64,000 nt of DNA from an uncultured Bacillaceae bacterium (GTDB lineage: Bacteria; Bacillota; Bacilli; Bacillales; DSM-1321). Positions 9,501 to 18,440 of this stretch are shown here, in pieces. The notes beneath the pieces were generated by a model. It was given only the letters and a program-made list of their open reading frames with translations. It was not told the origin of the DNA and searched no databases. Position 1 is the stretch's first letter, and each line of letters starts with the position of its first letter. The stretch lies in assembly GCA_963790055.1 (NCBI GenBank), contig CAWBND010000006.1:1416-65415 (forward strand), in the 5' to 3' direction. The translations under genes and the position numbers were made by a program.

Positions 9501-10473
9501 GCTGTTCTGCCTTAAGGGTTTCAAGATCAAGCTCCCATATAGCAGATGGATGTGCAGGTCCGTTCAATATATAGAGAAGCTTTTGATTCTTTGGTGAAAA
9601 TTTGAGATTTGTGATTACTCCCATTGGCGTGTCCCATGTATAAAAAGTACTTATATCTAAGTCTAGTAAATACCCTTTGGATATTCCCCCCTCATTGATA
9701 GTAAAAGCTAATTGATTTTTTTCCTTATTCATGACTAGGCCTTCAAAATCCCAATTTCCCTGCTCCAGCGAAGTGAATTGTTTAGTGGGTAAATGTATGC
9801 ATGCAAGCCCAAAGAATTCACAGTCTTTATTTGATAATAGATAAAGATGATCTCCGTACTTATTAAAATGGACATCCTTAAAGCTTGCTTCTCCTGAATG
9901 CTCTGTTATCCAGTTCATGCCTCCAGTTACTAGTGAAAATACACCTAAATCATGATCAAGGGGAGTGTTTGTTCTTCTAACCAATAATGAATTCCCGTCA
10001 GGAAACCATTGCACAACGGAAAATATCCCATCTTGGGCAAAAACAAGGCAGACTTCCAGGGTCTCAAGATTCTGGATATAAATATCAAAAAATGCTTGAT
10101 TTCGTCGATTGCTAGACCAAGCAATCCATTTCCCATCTGGAGAGCTTCCACCATACACATGAACATGTTCTGGAGAGTTTGTCAAAGCGATTAACTCTCC
10201 ATCCTCCTTTAATAAGTACAATTGTTCCCTCTCGTCTCCAGAAACATCCATCCCAATAATCAGATCACATGTACCAGAAACATATTTTATGAAGGTGATT
10301 CCTTCTTTTGTAAAAGAAGATTGAGCTAGCCGCCTATCTTCTCGATAGTACTCCCATACCTGTGGTAATCCCGTATAATCAGAAATAAAGCTAATCTTCT
10401 TGCCATTCGGTTCATATTCAAGATTTGTCACCGTACGAACATGCACATAAGGATCTAGACTCATTTCAGCCAT
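6520..10473 (-). CDS. In-frame fusion: S9 prolyl-oligopeptidase-family peptidase plus GH3 beta-glucosidase (BglX-like)
   Basis: N-half has a beta-propeller, GGSYGG, NDPRV and EEGH. C-half has RDPRWGR, KHF, ISDW and SGEAASR plus an Fn3-like tail. There is no stop at the junction (~8688). Confidence 0.85.
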   Translation of the reverse strand: MAEMSLDPYVHVRTVTNLEYEPNGKKISFISDYTGLPQVWEYYREDRRLAQSSFTKEGITFIKYVSGTCDLIIGMDVSGDEREQLYLLKEDGELIALTNSPEHVHVYGGSSPDGKWIAWSSNRRNQAFFDIYIQNLETLEVCLVFAQDGIFSVVQWFPDGNSLLVRRTNTPLDHDLGVFSLVTGGMNWITEHSGEASFKDVHFNKYGDHLYLLSNKDCEFFGLACIHLPTKQFTSLEQGNWDFEGLVMNKEKNQLAFTINEGGISKGYLLDLDISTFYTWDTPMGVITNLKFSPKNQKLLYILNGPAHPSAIWELDLETLKAEQLTYTSRLPVLEGKLMEPTQIFFRSFDNLQIPAFYYKPTSAAEKHPVVVYIHGGPESQSRATYNPLLQYFLHLGYAVVTPNVRGSTGYGKTYTHLDDVRKRMDAVKDLISLVEWLKEDMNVDGSKIAVMGGSYGGFMVLLAISHYPHLWAAAVDIVGISSLRTFLKTTSPWRKKLREDEYGTIEKDGEFFERIDPLNHADNITSPLMVIHGVNDPRVPIKESEQIVNKLKKRNHPVTYIRIKEEGHKLVKLESQIYAYSQVADFLETYIGKRMSEEKLKCLLKQMTLDEKIAQLIQLVSGFYEGSNDKSNMTGPMTELGISEKIVQNSGSVIGASGAKEIINIQETHLKNNRLGIPLLFMADIVHGFKTIFPIPLAIGCSWDLDLAEKSAQIAALEASVSGIHVTFAPMVDLVRDPRWGRVMESTGEDPYLNSQFAKAFVRGFQGPELEKDLYRLAACVKHFAAYGASEGGRDYNTVDMSERQLREYYLPAYKAAIDEGAEMVMASFNTVNGIPVTGNRKLLRGLLRDEWGFDGVVISDWGSVKELIPHGVAADEAEAAYKAITAGVDIEMMTAAYVKYLAWLVSMRVVDEALIDEAVLRILRLKFKLGLFENPYRGADEELEKKIIMSKHHREISREIATKSIVLLQNKNHILPLQKDLKIAVIGPFAKNHDILGPWSWLGSKEEAVPLYDGLIEKVGAHSLLYAEGCGIEAGTIEQQNTALKTAEEADVIVLALGENSEMSGEAASRADICLPQVQLDLIKKLKKANKSMIAVLFNGRPLDLHGVCDEVDAILEAWFPGIEGGAAIADLLFGDKNPSAKLSMSFPYSVGQIPVYYNHFHTGRPKNALNAEEKYVSKYLDIPNEPLFLFGFGLSYTTFSYKNAKLSYGIMTAETPLTISVDVTNDGDVSGEEIVQLYIQDVVGEVVRPLKELKGFEKVMLHPGETRTISFAITEEQLRYHHSDLQYKSDPGAFVAYIGSSSQDVQALPFQLIK

Positions 10474-10589
10474 TTTATTACCACCTATCAAAATAGCATT
10501 CTTTTTAAGTTTTGCTTCTTTGGAAAAGTTGTTATTAAGCAAAACATAAATACCCCTTCATTATATTTAAACAGAATGAGTATCATGCT

Positions 10590-10676
10590 TTATTTTGGAA
10601 CAGGAATAGGTTTTTCAACTTCTTTTAATTCAAGAATATCAGGTGGACCATATTTGTTATAAACGATAGCTCTTAT
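10590..10676 (-). pseudogene. N-terminal relic of an MDR-family NAD(P)-dependent alcohol dehydrogenase/quinone oxidoreductase
   Basis: RBS AGGGGG, then ATA (mutated start) RAIVYNKYGPPDILELKEVEKPIPVPK*. Confidence 0.7.
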
Positions 10677-10787
10677 AAATATCCCCCCTAATTTACTTTG
10701 ATAAAAAAGAAGAACCTTCAAAAGCAGTTGAAGGTCCTTCTTTTGTCATCTTATAAGAGTTTCCGGCACTCACCATTTTCCTTCTAT

Positions 10788-11744
10788 CTATTTTGAACGC
10801 GACAGCGCCTTCCCTTGAATGAATGTATTCATCATATCTAAAGCTTCAATGGCCTCTGCTTGATCAACAAAAAATTGCAGAAAACCATGAATGATTCCCC
10901 CGAATCTTTTTGCCGTAATAGGAATACCGGCATCACGAAGCCTCTGACCATATGCTTCTCCTTCATCACGTAGCACATCGTACTCGGCTGTGAACAAAAG
11001 GGCTGGAGGTAAATCACTGACTTCAACAGCTTGAATAGGTGACGCATACGGATGATGACGATCTTCTTCTTCTTTTTCTATATACAAATCCCAAAAAAGT
11101 CCCATATGAGTATTCGTAACTCCAAATCCTTCAGCGTTTTCCGAATAGGATGGATAGATTGAAGGAACATCCGATGAATGGAAATCAATTACTGGATACA
11201 TTAATATTTGTTTGGCAATCTTTGGTGTTTTTCGATCCCGCGCCATTAGAGTAACCGCTGCTGTTAAAGTTCCACCTGCACTATCCCCTCCGACAATGAG
11301 ATTATTGGGATCTCCATTTAACTCTTCTGTATGTTCAGCTACCCATTTGGTAGCCTCATAACAATCTTCAGGTGCAGCAGGGAATGGATGTTCAGGTGCT
11401 AGTCTATAATCTACAGAAATCACTTTGGCACCAGTCTTAAGAGCTAAAATACGACACAACACATCATACTCTTCTACATCTCCGACAACAAATCCTCCGC
11501 CATGAAAAAAGACGAATAAAGGAAACGGCCCTTCACCAGCAGGTGTATAAATTCGAATAGGAATAGAATGGCCATCAGGTCCTAATACAGTACGATTTTC
11601 AATAGCTTGGACTTTTGGTCTGTCTTCCTCTGAAGGGAGGAACTCTAATGCCATGCCTCGATAGTTTATAAGGTCCTCTACAGTTGTTAAATTAGCTAAT
11701 GGGGATGCTTCTAAGAATTTTTTCACATAAGGTTTTAATAGCAT
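10788..11744 (-). CDS. Alpha/beta hydrolase, HSL-family esterase/lipase
   Basis: HGGG oxyanion motif, GDSAG nucleophile, YDVLRDE, HGF. Confidence 0.92.
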   Translation of the reverse strand: MLLKPYVKKFLEASPLANLTTVEDLINYRGMALEFLPSEEDRPKVQAIENRTVLGPDGHSIPIRIYTPAGEGPFPLFVFFHGGGFVVGDVEEYDVLCRILALKTGAKVISVDYRLAPEHPFPAAPEDCYEATKWVAEHTEELNGDPNNLIVGGDSAGGTLTAAVTLMARDRKTPKIAKQILMYPVIDFHSSDVPSIYPSYSENAEGFGVTNTHMGLFWDLYIEKEEEDRHHPYASPIQAVEVSDLPPALLFTAEYDVLRDEGEAYGQRLRDAGIPITAKRFGGIIHGFLQFFVDQAEAIEALDMMNTFIQGKALSRSK

Positions 11745-12034
11745 AAAAAAACTCCTCTCAAACAACTAAAATTTTTTGTAATAACTTCTATTAAATCATA
11801 GATGAGGAGAAGCCCTTGGTGTATAAATGGGATAATTTATAATTTAATTCATATATTTCCATATAAAATATTATCTAAAAATTCTGTGACTGTCAATTTT
11901 ACATTCTATTTTTAAATAACCCACTTTAATTATTAATTTTATCGTTCTTTGTCCATTAATGACCAAAGACTCATCATTTTTCAGAATGTTCAGGGTAAAA
12001 TGGAAAAGATTACGAATAAGCTAGATTAAACAGT

Positions 12035-12349
12035 GTGGTTGTTCTGAAACAGAGAATCTTGGCATTAACTTTGTCTTCTTCAATTTTCTTTGAATGGAAT
12101 TCACTTGGAGGAGAGAATCACGCTCATGCCAGCGAAAGTGAATCGTTAATTCCTGGTGCTCCTTCTATCCACCAAACCTATTTTGATGGACAAGAGCAAA
12201 ATTGGCTGACAACGGCCAATCCGGAGCAATTTAAACAAGCGACTCTTTTTGGAAACAGCATTCAGGGCAAGCAATTTATGGAACTAGGGCGGAGAAAGAA
12301 AAAGGGTTCTATTAACACCCATACTTTCTTCTTTATTCCACCAAAATAA
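12035..12349 (+). pseudogene. Probable truncated N-terminus of a secreted protein
   Basis: Degraded signal peptide ending AHA-S, no clear RBS, C-terminus runs into a hairpin. Confidence 0.35.
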
Positions 12350-12443
12350 TAAATTTTCTCCCTCTATAGATTTAAACTTCAAAAACTTATCATGGTATCG
12401 TTTCATTTCACGTTAAAATCATAATCCATTAGGAGGAATGAGA

Positions 12444-13319
12444 ATGCGTCATTATGTGTCTACTAGTCAGGAAGGAATTAATCGAGACTCATTGCCATTT
12501 AAACTATATGAAAAGGCTAAAAAATTTGGAATTTGGAACCCTAACGATATTGATTTTAGTCAAGATAAAGCTGATTGGGAATCATTAAATGTAGACCAAC
12601 AAGATGCACTTCTTCAACTCATTTCTTTTTTTTACAGTGGTGAAGAAGCTGTCACGCATGATATTCTTCCACTTATTTATGCGATTTCAAAAACTGGACA
12701 ATTTGAGGAAGAAATGTATTTAACCACATTTTTATTTGAGGAAGCGAAACATGCAGACTTTTTTAATCTTGTGTTACAAAACCTTGGCATTAAGCAAGAA
12801 CTAAATTCTTTTCTTTCACCTGCTTATCGAAAGGTATTCGATGAGATATTGCCAGGAACGATGGACCGTCTATTACATGATCAATCTCCTGAAGCCATTG
12901 CCGATGCCTCCGTTGTTTATAATATGTTTGCAGAAGGAGTACTGGCTGAAACGGGGTATTGGGATTTTTACGAGAGTTTGGCTAAAATAAACAAAATGCC
13001 TGGTCTCCTCGAAGGGCTTAGCTATATTAAAAGAGACGAGTCAAGGCACATCGGATTTGGAACCTTCCTCTTACAACGTCTGATTTCTGAGAATGATCAT
13101 TTATTAGATTATATTTTAAATAAGCTTCACAGTTTAATGCCAATTGCCATCGAATTGAGTGAAACGATGCGATTTGAAGAAGTGAGTCCATTTGGTATAA
13201 AAAAGTCAGATAGTCAAGCTTTTATGGTCAAACAATTGAATGCAAGAGTAGAAGTGTTAAAGCGAGCTCAAGGTAAAACCTTAGAGGAAATTTACCGTAC
13301 GGAGATTATTTTTGATTAA
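12444..13319 (+). CDS. R2-like ligand-binding oxidase (R2lox, Mn/Fe ferritin-like)
   Basis: YEKAKKFGIWNP, GEEAV, EEAKH, EGVLAE and DESRH motifs; no nrdA/nrdE partner nearby. Confidence 0.9.
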   Translation: MRHYVSTSQEGINRDSLPFKLYEKAKKFGIWNPNDIDFSQDKADWESLNVDQQDALLQLISFFYSGEEAVTHDILPLIYAISKTGQFEEEMYLTTFLFEEAKHADFFNLVLQNLGIKQELNSFLSPAYRKVFDEILPGTMDRLLHDQSPEAIADASVVYNMFAEGVLAETGYWDFYESLAKINKMPGLLEGLSYIKRDESRHIGFGTFLLQRLISENDHLLDYILNKLHSLMPIAIELSETMRFEEVSPFGIKKSDSQAFMVKQLNARVEVLKRAQGKTLEEIYRTEIIFD

Positions 13320-13341
13320 TGTGATTGAGTACCGAAAATTC

Positions 13342-13560
13342 GGTTCTGGTGCAAAGATTGCATTTATTTGAAAGAGGTATATGGATTCCTAATGGAATCT
13401 GTTCTTATACAGCCATTCTAAATAGTTGATGAATGAACTTCACCTGATTTTGGACAGACTTGTCCTATAAAGCAAGTTGTCCTTTTTTAGAGTAATAGTA
13501 TTAGTATGTCAAAGTTTAGGAGAATACTTACAAATATTTTGAGGTTTTTGCACCAGAACC
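13342..13560. mobile_element. IS6-family (IS240-like ends) MITE, 219 bp, no transposase
   Basis: Perfect 14-bp terminal inverted repeats GGTTCTGGTGCAAA / TTTGCACCAGAACC. Confidence 0.75.
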
Positions 13561-13635
13561 CTCAATACTATCTACCATAAATACTGAGCTTGAATAAAAA
13601 AAGAGAGCTTTATCGGCTCTCTACCAGTTCAACCA

Positions 13636-13851
13636 TTATTTCACTTCAGGCTCATCTAATACCATTTCATTTTGTTCAAATCCTTGATTGGCTTCTTCAA
13701 CTGTTAATGAACTCTTGATAAATTCTTCAAGTTCACCTATTTTCTTGCCACCAGCTTGGTATGAGTATCCAGCTAATTTGCCTTTTGATTTATTTATGAC
13801 AATATCAAGATCATGAAACACATATTTCATATATAAGATAGCTTGTTTCAT
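13636..13851 (-). CDS. Small hypothetical protein or gene fragment
   Basis: 71-aa ORF with poor RBS, followed by a terminator-like hairpin. Confidence 0.35.
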   Translation of the reverse strand: MKQAILYMKYVFHDLDIVINKSKGKLAGYSYQAGGKKIGELEEFIKSSLTVEEANQGFEQNEMVLDEPEVK

Positions 13852-13881
13852 TCCGTCTGTCGGCGGGGTCCAATATTTCTT

Positions 13882-13927
13882 TTATTTTTCTTTACGCACA
13901 TGTAGTGAACAGCACTCCACATGTGTC
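13882..13927 (-). repeat. Orphan rlmD/rumA 3'-end copy C (THVECCSLHVRKEK*); att-like site
   Basis: Shares the 16-bp GCACTCCACATGTGTC exactly with copy A (4092-4107). Confidence 0.65.
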
Positions 13928-13965
13928 GAAACGTTATAACGAATATATCATGACTGTCTAACCAC

Positions 13966-14907
13966 TTATTCCCCACTAGAATTCGACATATCCGCCTCAA
14001 TCCTACTCATGAACTCCTCTGCAGCGCTGTATCCTTGCTGTCTTAAATACCAGTTATTTGCAGCTGCTTCAATTAACCCTGCCACATCACGTCCAGGCTG
14101 GAGTTGAATTTCAATGGAAGGAATTTTAACGCCCATATATTCTGTATATTGAGATTCATGCTCTAATTCATTATTTAAATCATCTTTCTCCCATTTCGTT
14201 AAATTAATATCGAGCGTGATTCTTGTTTCATCTTGAAAAGCCTGTCGCCCGTATGAGCGGACCACATTCAACAATCCGATACTACGAAGAGCTAGAAACT
14301 CCTTTGTCTTTTCATCATGAGTACCCAAAAGGGTTTGTGGACTAAGCTTCTTTAGAACGACGACATCATCAGCCACTAGCCGGTGTCCCCGACCAATCAA
14401 TGTGTGTGCTGTTTCACTTTTCCCTACTCCTGAATGGCCACGAAGTAAGATCCCAATGCCAAACACGTTCATACATACTCCATGCACGGTCATTTCTGGT
14501 GCTAACTCCTTGACCATATATGCATCCAGCTTTGTAATAAATTCTGAAGTCGTCTCAGGCTTGTTTGTGATTAACAAGGGGATTTCCTCTCTTATACAAT
14601 GATGCTTTAAATATGTTAGTCCTTCTTCACCAGCTGTTACGATAAAACATGGTGGGTGATAATGGACAATATTTCCGATTCGGATTTGACGTTCCTCTTT
14701 ACTTAACTTATGCAAATAGTTAATTTCTTTTCTTCCTAAAATTTGAACTCGTTCTTTCGGAAAAAAATCAAAATGGCCTACAAATTCCAGACCTGGACGA
14801 TGCACCCGTGGTTGCGTAATCGTTTTCTGTAGTTGATTTTCACCGATTAATACTTTCAATGAAAACTTTTGAACCAAGTTTTCAATCGTTATTTGTTTCA
14901 CTATCAT
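13966..14907 (-). CDS. hprK: HPr kinase/phosphorylase (probably a paralog)
   Basis: RPGLE, VHGV, GHSGVGKSE Walker A, LVADD, PGRD motifs. Confidence 0.9.
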   Translation of the reverse strand: MIVKQITIENLVQKFSLKVLIGENQLQKTITQPRVHRPGLEFVGHFDFFPKERVQILGRKEINYLHKLSKEERQIRIGNIVHYHPPCFIVTAGEEGLTYLKHHCIREEIPLLITNKPETTSEFITKLDAYMVKELAPEMTVHGVCMNVFGIGILLRGHSGVGKSETAHTLIGRGHRLVADDVVVLKKLSPQTLLGTHDEKTKEFLALRSIGLLNVVRSYGRQAFQDETRITLDINLTKWEKDDLNNELEHESQYTEYMGVKIPSIEIQLQPGRDVAGLIEAAANNWYLRQQGYSAAEEFMSRIEADMSNSSGE

Positions 14908-15106
14908 CCATCCCCACTGTCCTAATAACCTTCTACGCTTTCATTATACTTGAAAAATATGAAAACGTCATCATTTTACAAATTTCTCATAATTGGAAAG
15001 CTTGTACAGGATGAGAATGAGATAATACCACAAAAAAATGGTCAGCCAGGAGTAAACTGGATGACCTTATGATACGAAGACGATACTATGCAGAAATTCT
15101 ATAACG

Positions 15107-15850
15107 TTAGCGTATTTTTGCTAATTGCGTATATACATCTGATAGATTAGAGAAACCTAGTTCTTGAGTTAAACGGACACCCTCTGCCCATAGCTTTGCT
15201 GTTCCGATTGCATCGTATAAGGCATGATGTCTTTGTTGTATAGAAATTCCAAAATGGCTGCAGCAATCATCCAACGTCCTTAACTCTTTTTCAGGCTCCA
15301 CGATTTGCGTTAAAAAAGATGTATCTATAATACGATGCTGAAAATTCGTCTTTAACATCGACCAAGTGGCATGCTGCATAAAGCTTTTTTCATGATGGGC
15401 ATGGTGAGCAACTAGAGGACGACTTTCAATGAATTGATAGAATTCCTTAAGGACGTACTTCAAAGGAGGAGCTTTCGCAAGTTGTTCTTCACAAATACCC
15501 GTTAAATCTTTAATTTCCACTGAAAGCGGTTCGTTACAATTCACTAAGGAATAGTATGTTTCATCCTCTATGATTCTATCACCTATCAATTTCACCCCAC
15601 CAATGGATAAAATTTTATCACCATTTTGTGGATAAAAGCCTGTCGTTTCTAAATCAAACACCGTCACCTGTAATTCTGAGAACGGTACCTTAAGAACATC
15701 TTGGGCTTTTGCATCTCTTTGCATCTGTCTAAGAAACGCTATGCTTGCAGGATCGGTTTGATGTGCCATAGATGTGTACATACTCGGACTTAGCCTTCCA
15801 GATAACTGTTTAACAAAGCGTAACATATTATTCATAATCATAATGGACAC
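15107..15850 (-). CDS. DEDDh 3'-5' exonuclease-domain protein (DnaQ-like)
   Basis: FDLETTG, AHH, HHALYDA. Confidence 0.85.
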   Translation of the reverse strand: MSIMIMNNMLRFVKQLSGRLSPSMYTSMAHQTDPASIAFLRQMQRDAKAQDVLKVPFSELQVTVFDLETTGFYPQNGDKILSIGGVKLIGDRIIEDETYYSLVNCNEPLSVEIKDLTGICEEQLAKAPPLKYVLKEFYQFIESRPLVAHHAHHEKSFMQHATWSMLKTNFQHRIIDTSFLTQIVEPEKELRTLDDCCSHFGISIQQRHHALYDAIGTAKLWAEGVRLTQELGFSNLSDVYTQLAKIR

Positions 15851-16848
15851 CCTTTATGAATAATATGTTTTGTCTCAGCAAACAGCTTATAACCCTTTTT
15901 CATAATTCGCTTAAGCTCTTGCTTTTCTGATTTCATTAAAGAATCAACCTGTAAGAGATGAACATCCTCATAACTTGTGGAATGCTTTTTAAAATAAAGA
16001 CGTAACGTTAAGAGCTTTTCAAAAGAATATTGATATTGTTTTATATAATCATAGCTATTAGGTAATTGTTGAAAACGGGTTAATGTAGATGGAGATGAGA
16101 TTTCCTCTTTTAACGAAAGTAACCGCAAAGAATTTACATACGGAAAAAAGACGACTTCCTTCATATTAATACAACCTGTTTCTTTCCCAAAGGAATCCGG
16201 TAAAAATTGTCCAAGAATACCAAGCCCCTTCTTCATATGACTTATATTTTCTAACAAACGAATATATAAATAGGGTTCTTTCTTTAAATGCTGAAAGGCA
16301 AGTTCTTTTAATCTTCCTAAAAAGGAATCTTCCCCTATGAGAACACGAGAATCAAAGAAAGTGGAAAAATAACGAAGAGATTCCCAGCTTGCCTCATTCA
16401 GCCAATCGCTAATCTGCCTCTCCCACGCCTCTATGGAGTGGCACCATTTCGGGTTTGACGACATGACCTTTCCATCACAGTATTCATATCCCACCACATG
16501 TAACCCATTCGAAATTTCTATTCCTAAATGTAAAAAATAAGATTGGACATCCTCACTACCTGCAAAAATAATTCCGTGATCCTGATCGCTCCAAATCGAT
16601 TGTTCGGACCTTCCACCACTACCCATGATAAAGACAACAAAGTGAGCTGGGGCTGGCCCAAACTCACTTTCTACTTTCTCGATTGCTTTGTGAACAGTTG
16701 TCTTCATTAACCGATCATGAAATCCATTAAGAGCAATTGGATCCTCACAAACTTCATGAATATGCTCATCTCTCCACTGTCTTATTTCAAGATAGCGATT
16801 TTGCTGTTCTTCCATCTCACCATTTTCCCAATGGTTCACAACAACCAT
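15838..16848 (-). CDS. DUF294 nucleotidyltransferase-like protein (GlnD/GlnE-like fold), without CBS/cNMP domains
   Basis: MGSGGRSEQ, SDQDHG, CDGKVMSSNPKW, FFDSR. Confidence 0.85.
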   Translation of the reverse strand: MVVVNHWENGEMEEQQNRYLEIRQWRDEHIHEVCEDPIALNGFHDRLMKTTVHKAIEKVESEFGPAPAHFVVFIMGSGGRSEQSIWSDQDHGIIFAGSEDVQSYFLHLGIEISNGLHVVGYEYCDGKVMSSNPKWCHSIEAWERQISDWLNEASWESLRYFSTFFDSRVLIGEDSFLGRLKELAFQHLKKEPYLYIRLLENISHMKKGLGILGQFLPDSFGKETGCINMKEVVFFPYVNSLRLLSLKEEISSPSTLTRFQQLPNSYDYIKQYQYSFEKLLTLRLYFKKHSTSYEDVHLLQVDSLMKSEKQELKRIMKKGYKLFAETKHIIHKGCPL

Positions 16849-16849
16849 T

Positions 16850-18121
16850 TTATACACCTGCTTTTTCTTTATGCTCAGGCATGCTTTCTGGGTAACCATA
16901 GCTTCCATGTTCACTTACATCCAGTCCAATGATTTCTTCCTCTTCTGTGACACGAATACCGCCCATTACTTTATCCATTACTTTTAGAATAATGAATGAA
17001 ATGATGAATGCGTATAGACCTGACGCTGCTACACCTAGTGCTTGAACACCTAATTGTGAGAAACCGCCGCCGTAGAATAAACCTGCTTGCCCCCAGTCAA
17101 TATCTGTTGATAGTGCAGGTACTGCGAATAACCCATTAGAAAGCGTACCCCAAACACCAACTGTACCATGAACGGATAAGACAAAGATTGGATCATCGAT
17201 TCTTGCTTTATCAAAAAATTTCATACTATAGAAAACCATAAGTCCACCTACAAGACCAATCACAACAGCTGCCCAAGGTTCAACAAATCCACAAGATGCA
17301 GTAATGGCAACAAGACCTGCTAATGCACCATTTAATGTTGTTGGAACATCTGCTTTACCTGTTACGACCCAAGCGATAAACATGGCCGCCACTGCACCTG
17401 CACCAGCCGCTAGTTGTGTATTTAAGGCCACAAATCCAAAGAATCCATCCTTAACTCCGAATGTACTACCCGCATTAAATCCAAACCAGCCTACCCAAAG
17501 AATAAGAACACCTAATGCCGTAAATACTTGGTTATGACCGGCAATATTATTCGATGAACCATCTTTATTGTATTTACCAATCCGCGGCTTTAAGATCATT
17601 GTAGCAGCTAACGCGGCCATAGCACCCGTTAAATGAACAACGGTAGAACCGGCAAAGTCTTGTTTACCATGTTGGGCTAACCAACCGCCACCCCAAATCC
17701 AGTGAGCAACGACTGGATACACGAATGCCGAGAATAACACTGCAAAAATCACATAAGCAGATAATTTAGCACGTTCCGCAAAACCGCCAAATGCAATTGT
17801 TAGAGAAACTAAAGCGAACATCACTTGGAACATAAAATTTACAGCGGGAGTCAACCCTTCCTCAACCGTTGAAACATCACCATAAAAGAAATTAGATAAT
17901 CCTATAAACGCGTTTCCTTCTCCGTAAATAAAGCCATATCCAACAGCCCAAAAAACTAATGTTCCAATTCCAGCAGTAAAGATTGTTTTACCAGCGATGT
18001 GACCAGCGTTCTTCATTCTCGTTGATCCTGCTTCAAGTAAAATGAATCCACCTAACATAAATAAAACCAAAATTGCGCCAATCATGACCCACAGATTATC
18101 CATTAAAACTGTAGCATCCAT
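16850..18121 (-). CDS. amt: Ammonium transporter
   Basis: DFAGSTVVH, GWFGFNAGS, NGALAGLVAIT, HG. Confidence 0.95.
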   Translation of the reverse strand: MDATVLMDNLWVMIGAILVLFMLGGFILLEAGSTRMKNAGHIAGKTIFTAGIGTLVFWAVGYGFIYGEGNAFIGLSNFFYGDVSTVEEGLTPAVNFMFQVMFALVSLTIAFGGFAERAKLSAYVIFAVLFSAFVYPVVAHWIWGGGWLAQHGKQDFAGSTVVHLTGAMAALAATMILKPRIGKYNKDGSSNNIAGHNQVFTALGVLILWVGWFGFNAGSTFGVKDGFFGFVALNTQLAAGAGAVAAMFIAWVVTGKADVPTTLNGALAGLVAITASCGFVEPWAAVVIGLVGGLMVFYSMKFFDKARIDDPIFVLSVHGTVGVWGTLSNGLFAVPALSTDIDWGQAGLFYGGGFSQLGVQALGVAASGLYAFIISFIILKVMDKVMGGIRVTEEEEIIGLDVSEHGSYGYPESMPEHKEKAGV

Positions 18122-18171
18122 TGAACCTCATCTCCTTCACTGTTAATTTTGTAATCTAATGTCGTTATACA

Positions 18172-18215
18172 TGTTAGGAAAAGTAACACCAATTCTAATG
18201 TTAGGTTTCCTTACA
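18172..18215. promoter_or_regulatory. Two tandem GlnR/TnrA boxes upstream of amt
   Basis: TGTTA-N7-TAACA (18172-18188) and TGTTA-N7-TTACA (18199-18215) both match TGTNA-N7-TNACA. Confidence 0.85.
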
Positions 18216-18391
18216 TCGATTATATGACATATATATTCCTAATGTGAAACATAAATGTATCTTTATTCCAATTTTTTTCCCTATAAAGAATAAAACCAGG
18301 AAAACCTTAGTTAGTTCTTGCTTTTACATGTTATATAACTTATACATTACCTTTACAATTTCAATTACTTTTTTAGAAGTTATGCATAAAC

Positions 18392-18440
18392 AAGGCTGAC
18401 TCCAAAAGTTCGTTCATAACGACTTTTTGGAGTCAGCCTT
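18392..18440. repeat. Long palindrome between divergent genes (REP-like)
   Basis: AAGGCTGACTCCAAAA...TTTTGGAGTCAGCCTT. Confidence 0.55.

Noticed and set aside
4032-13927. CRISPR array interpretation of the CACTCCAC repeats
   Set aside because: Only three copies, at 0.7 and 9 kb spacing, and no cas genes.
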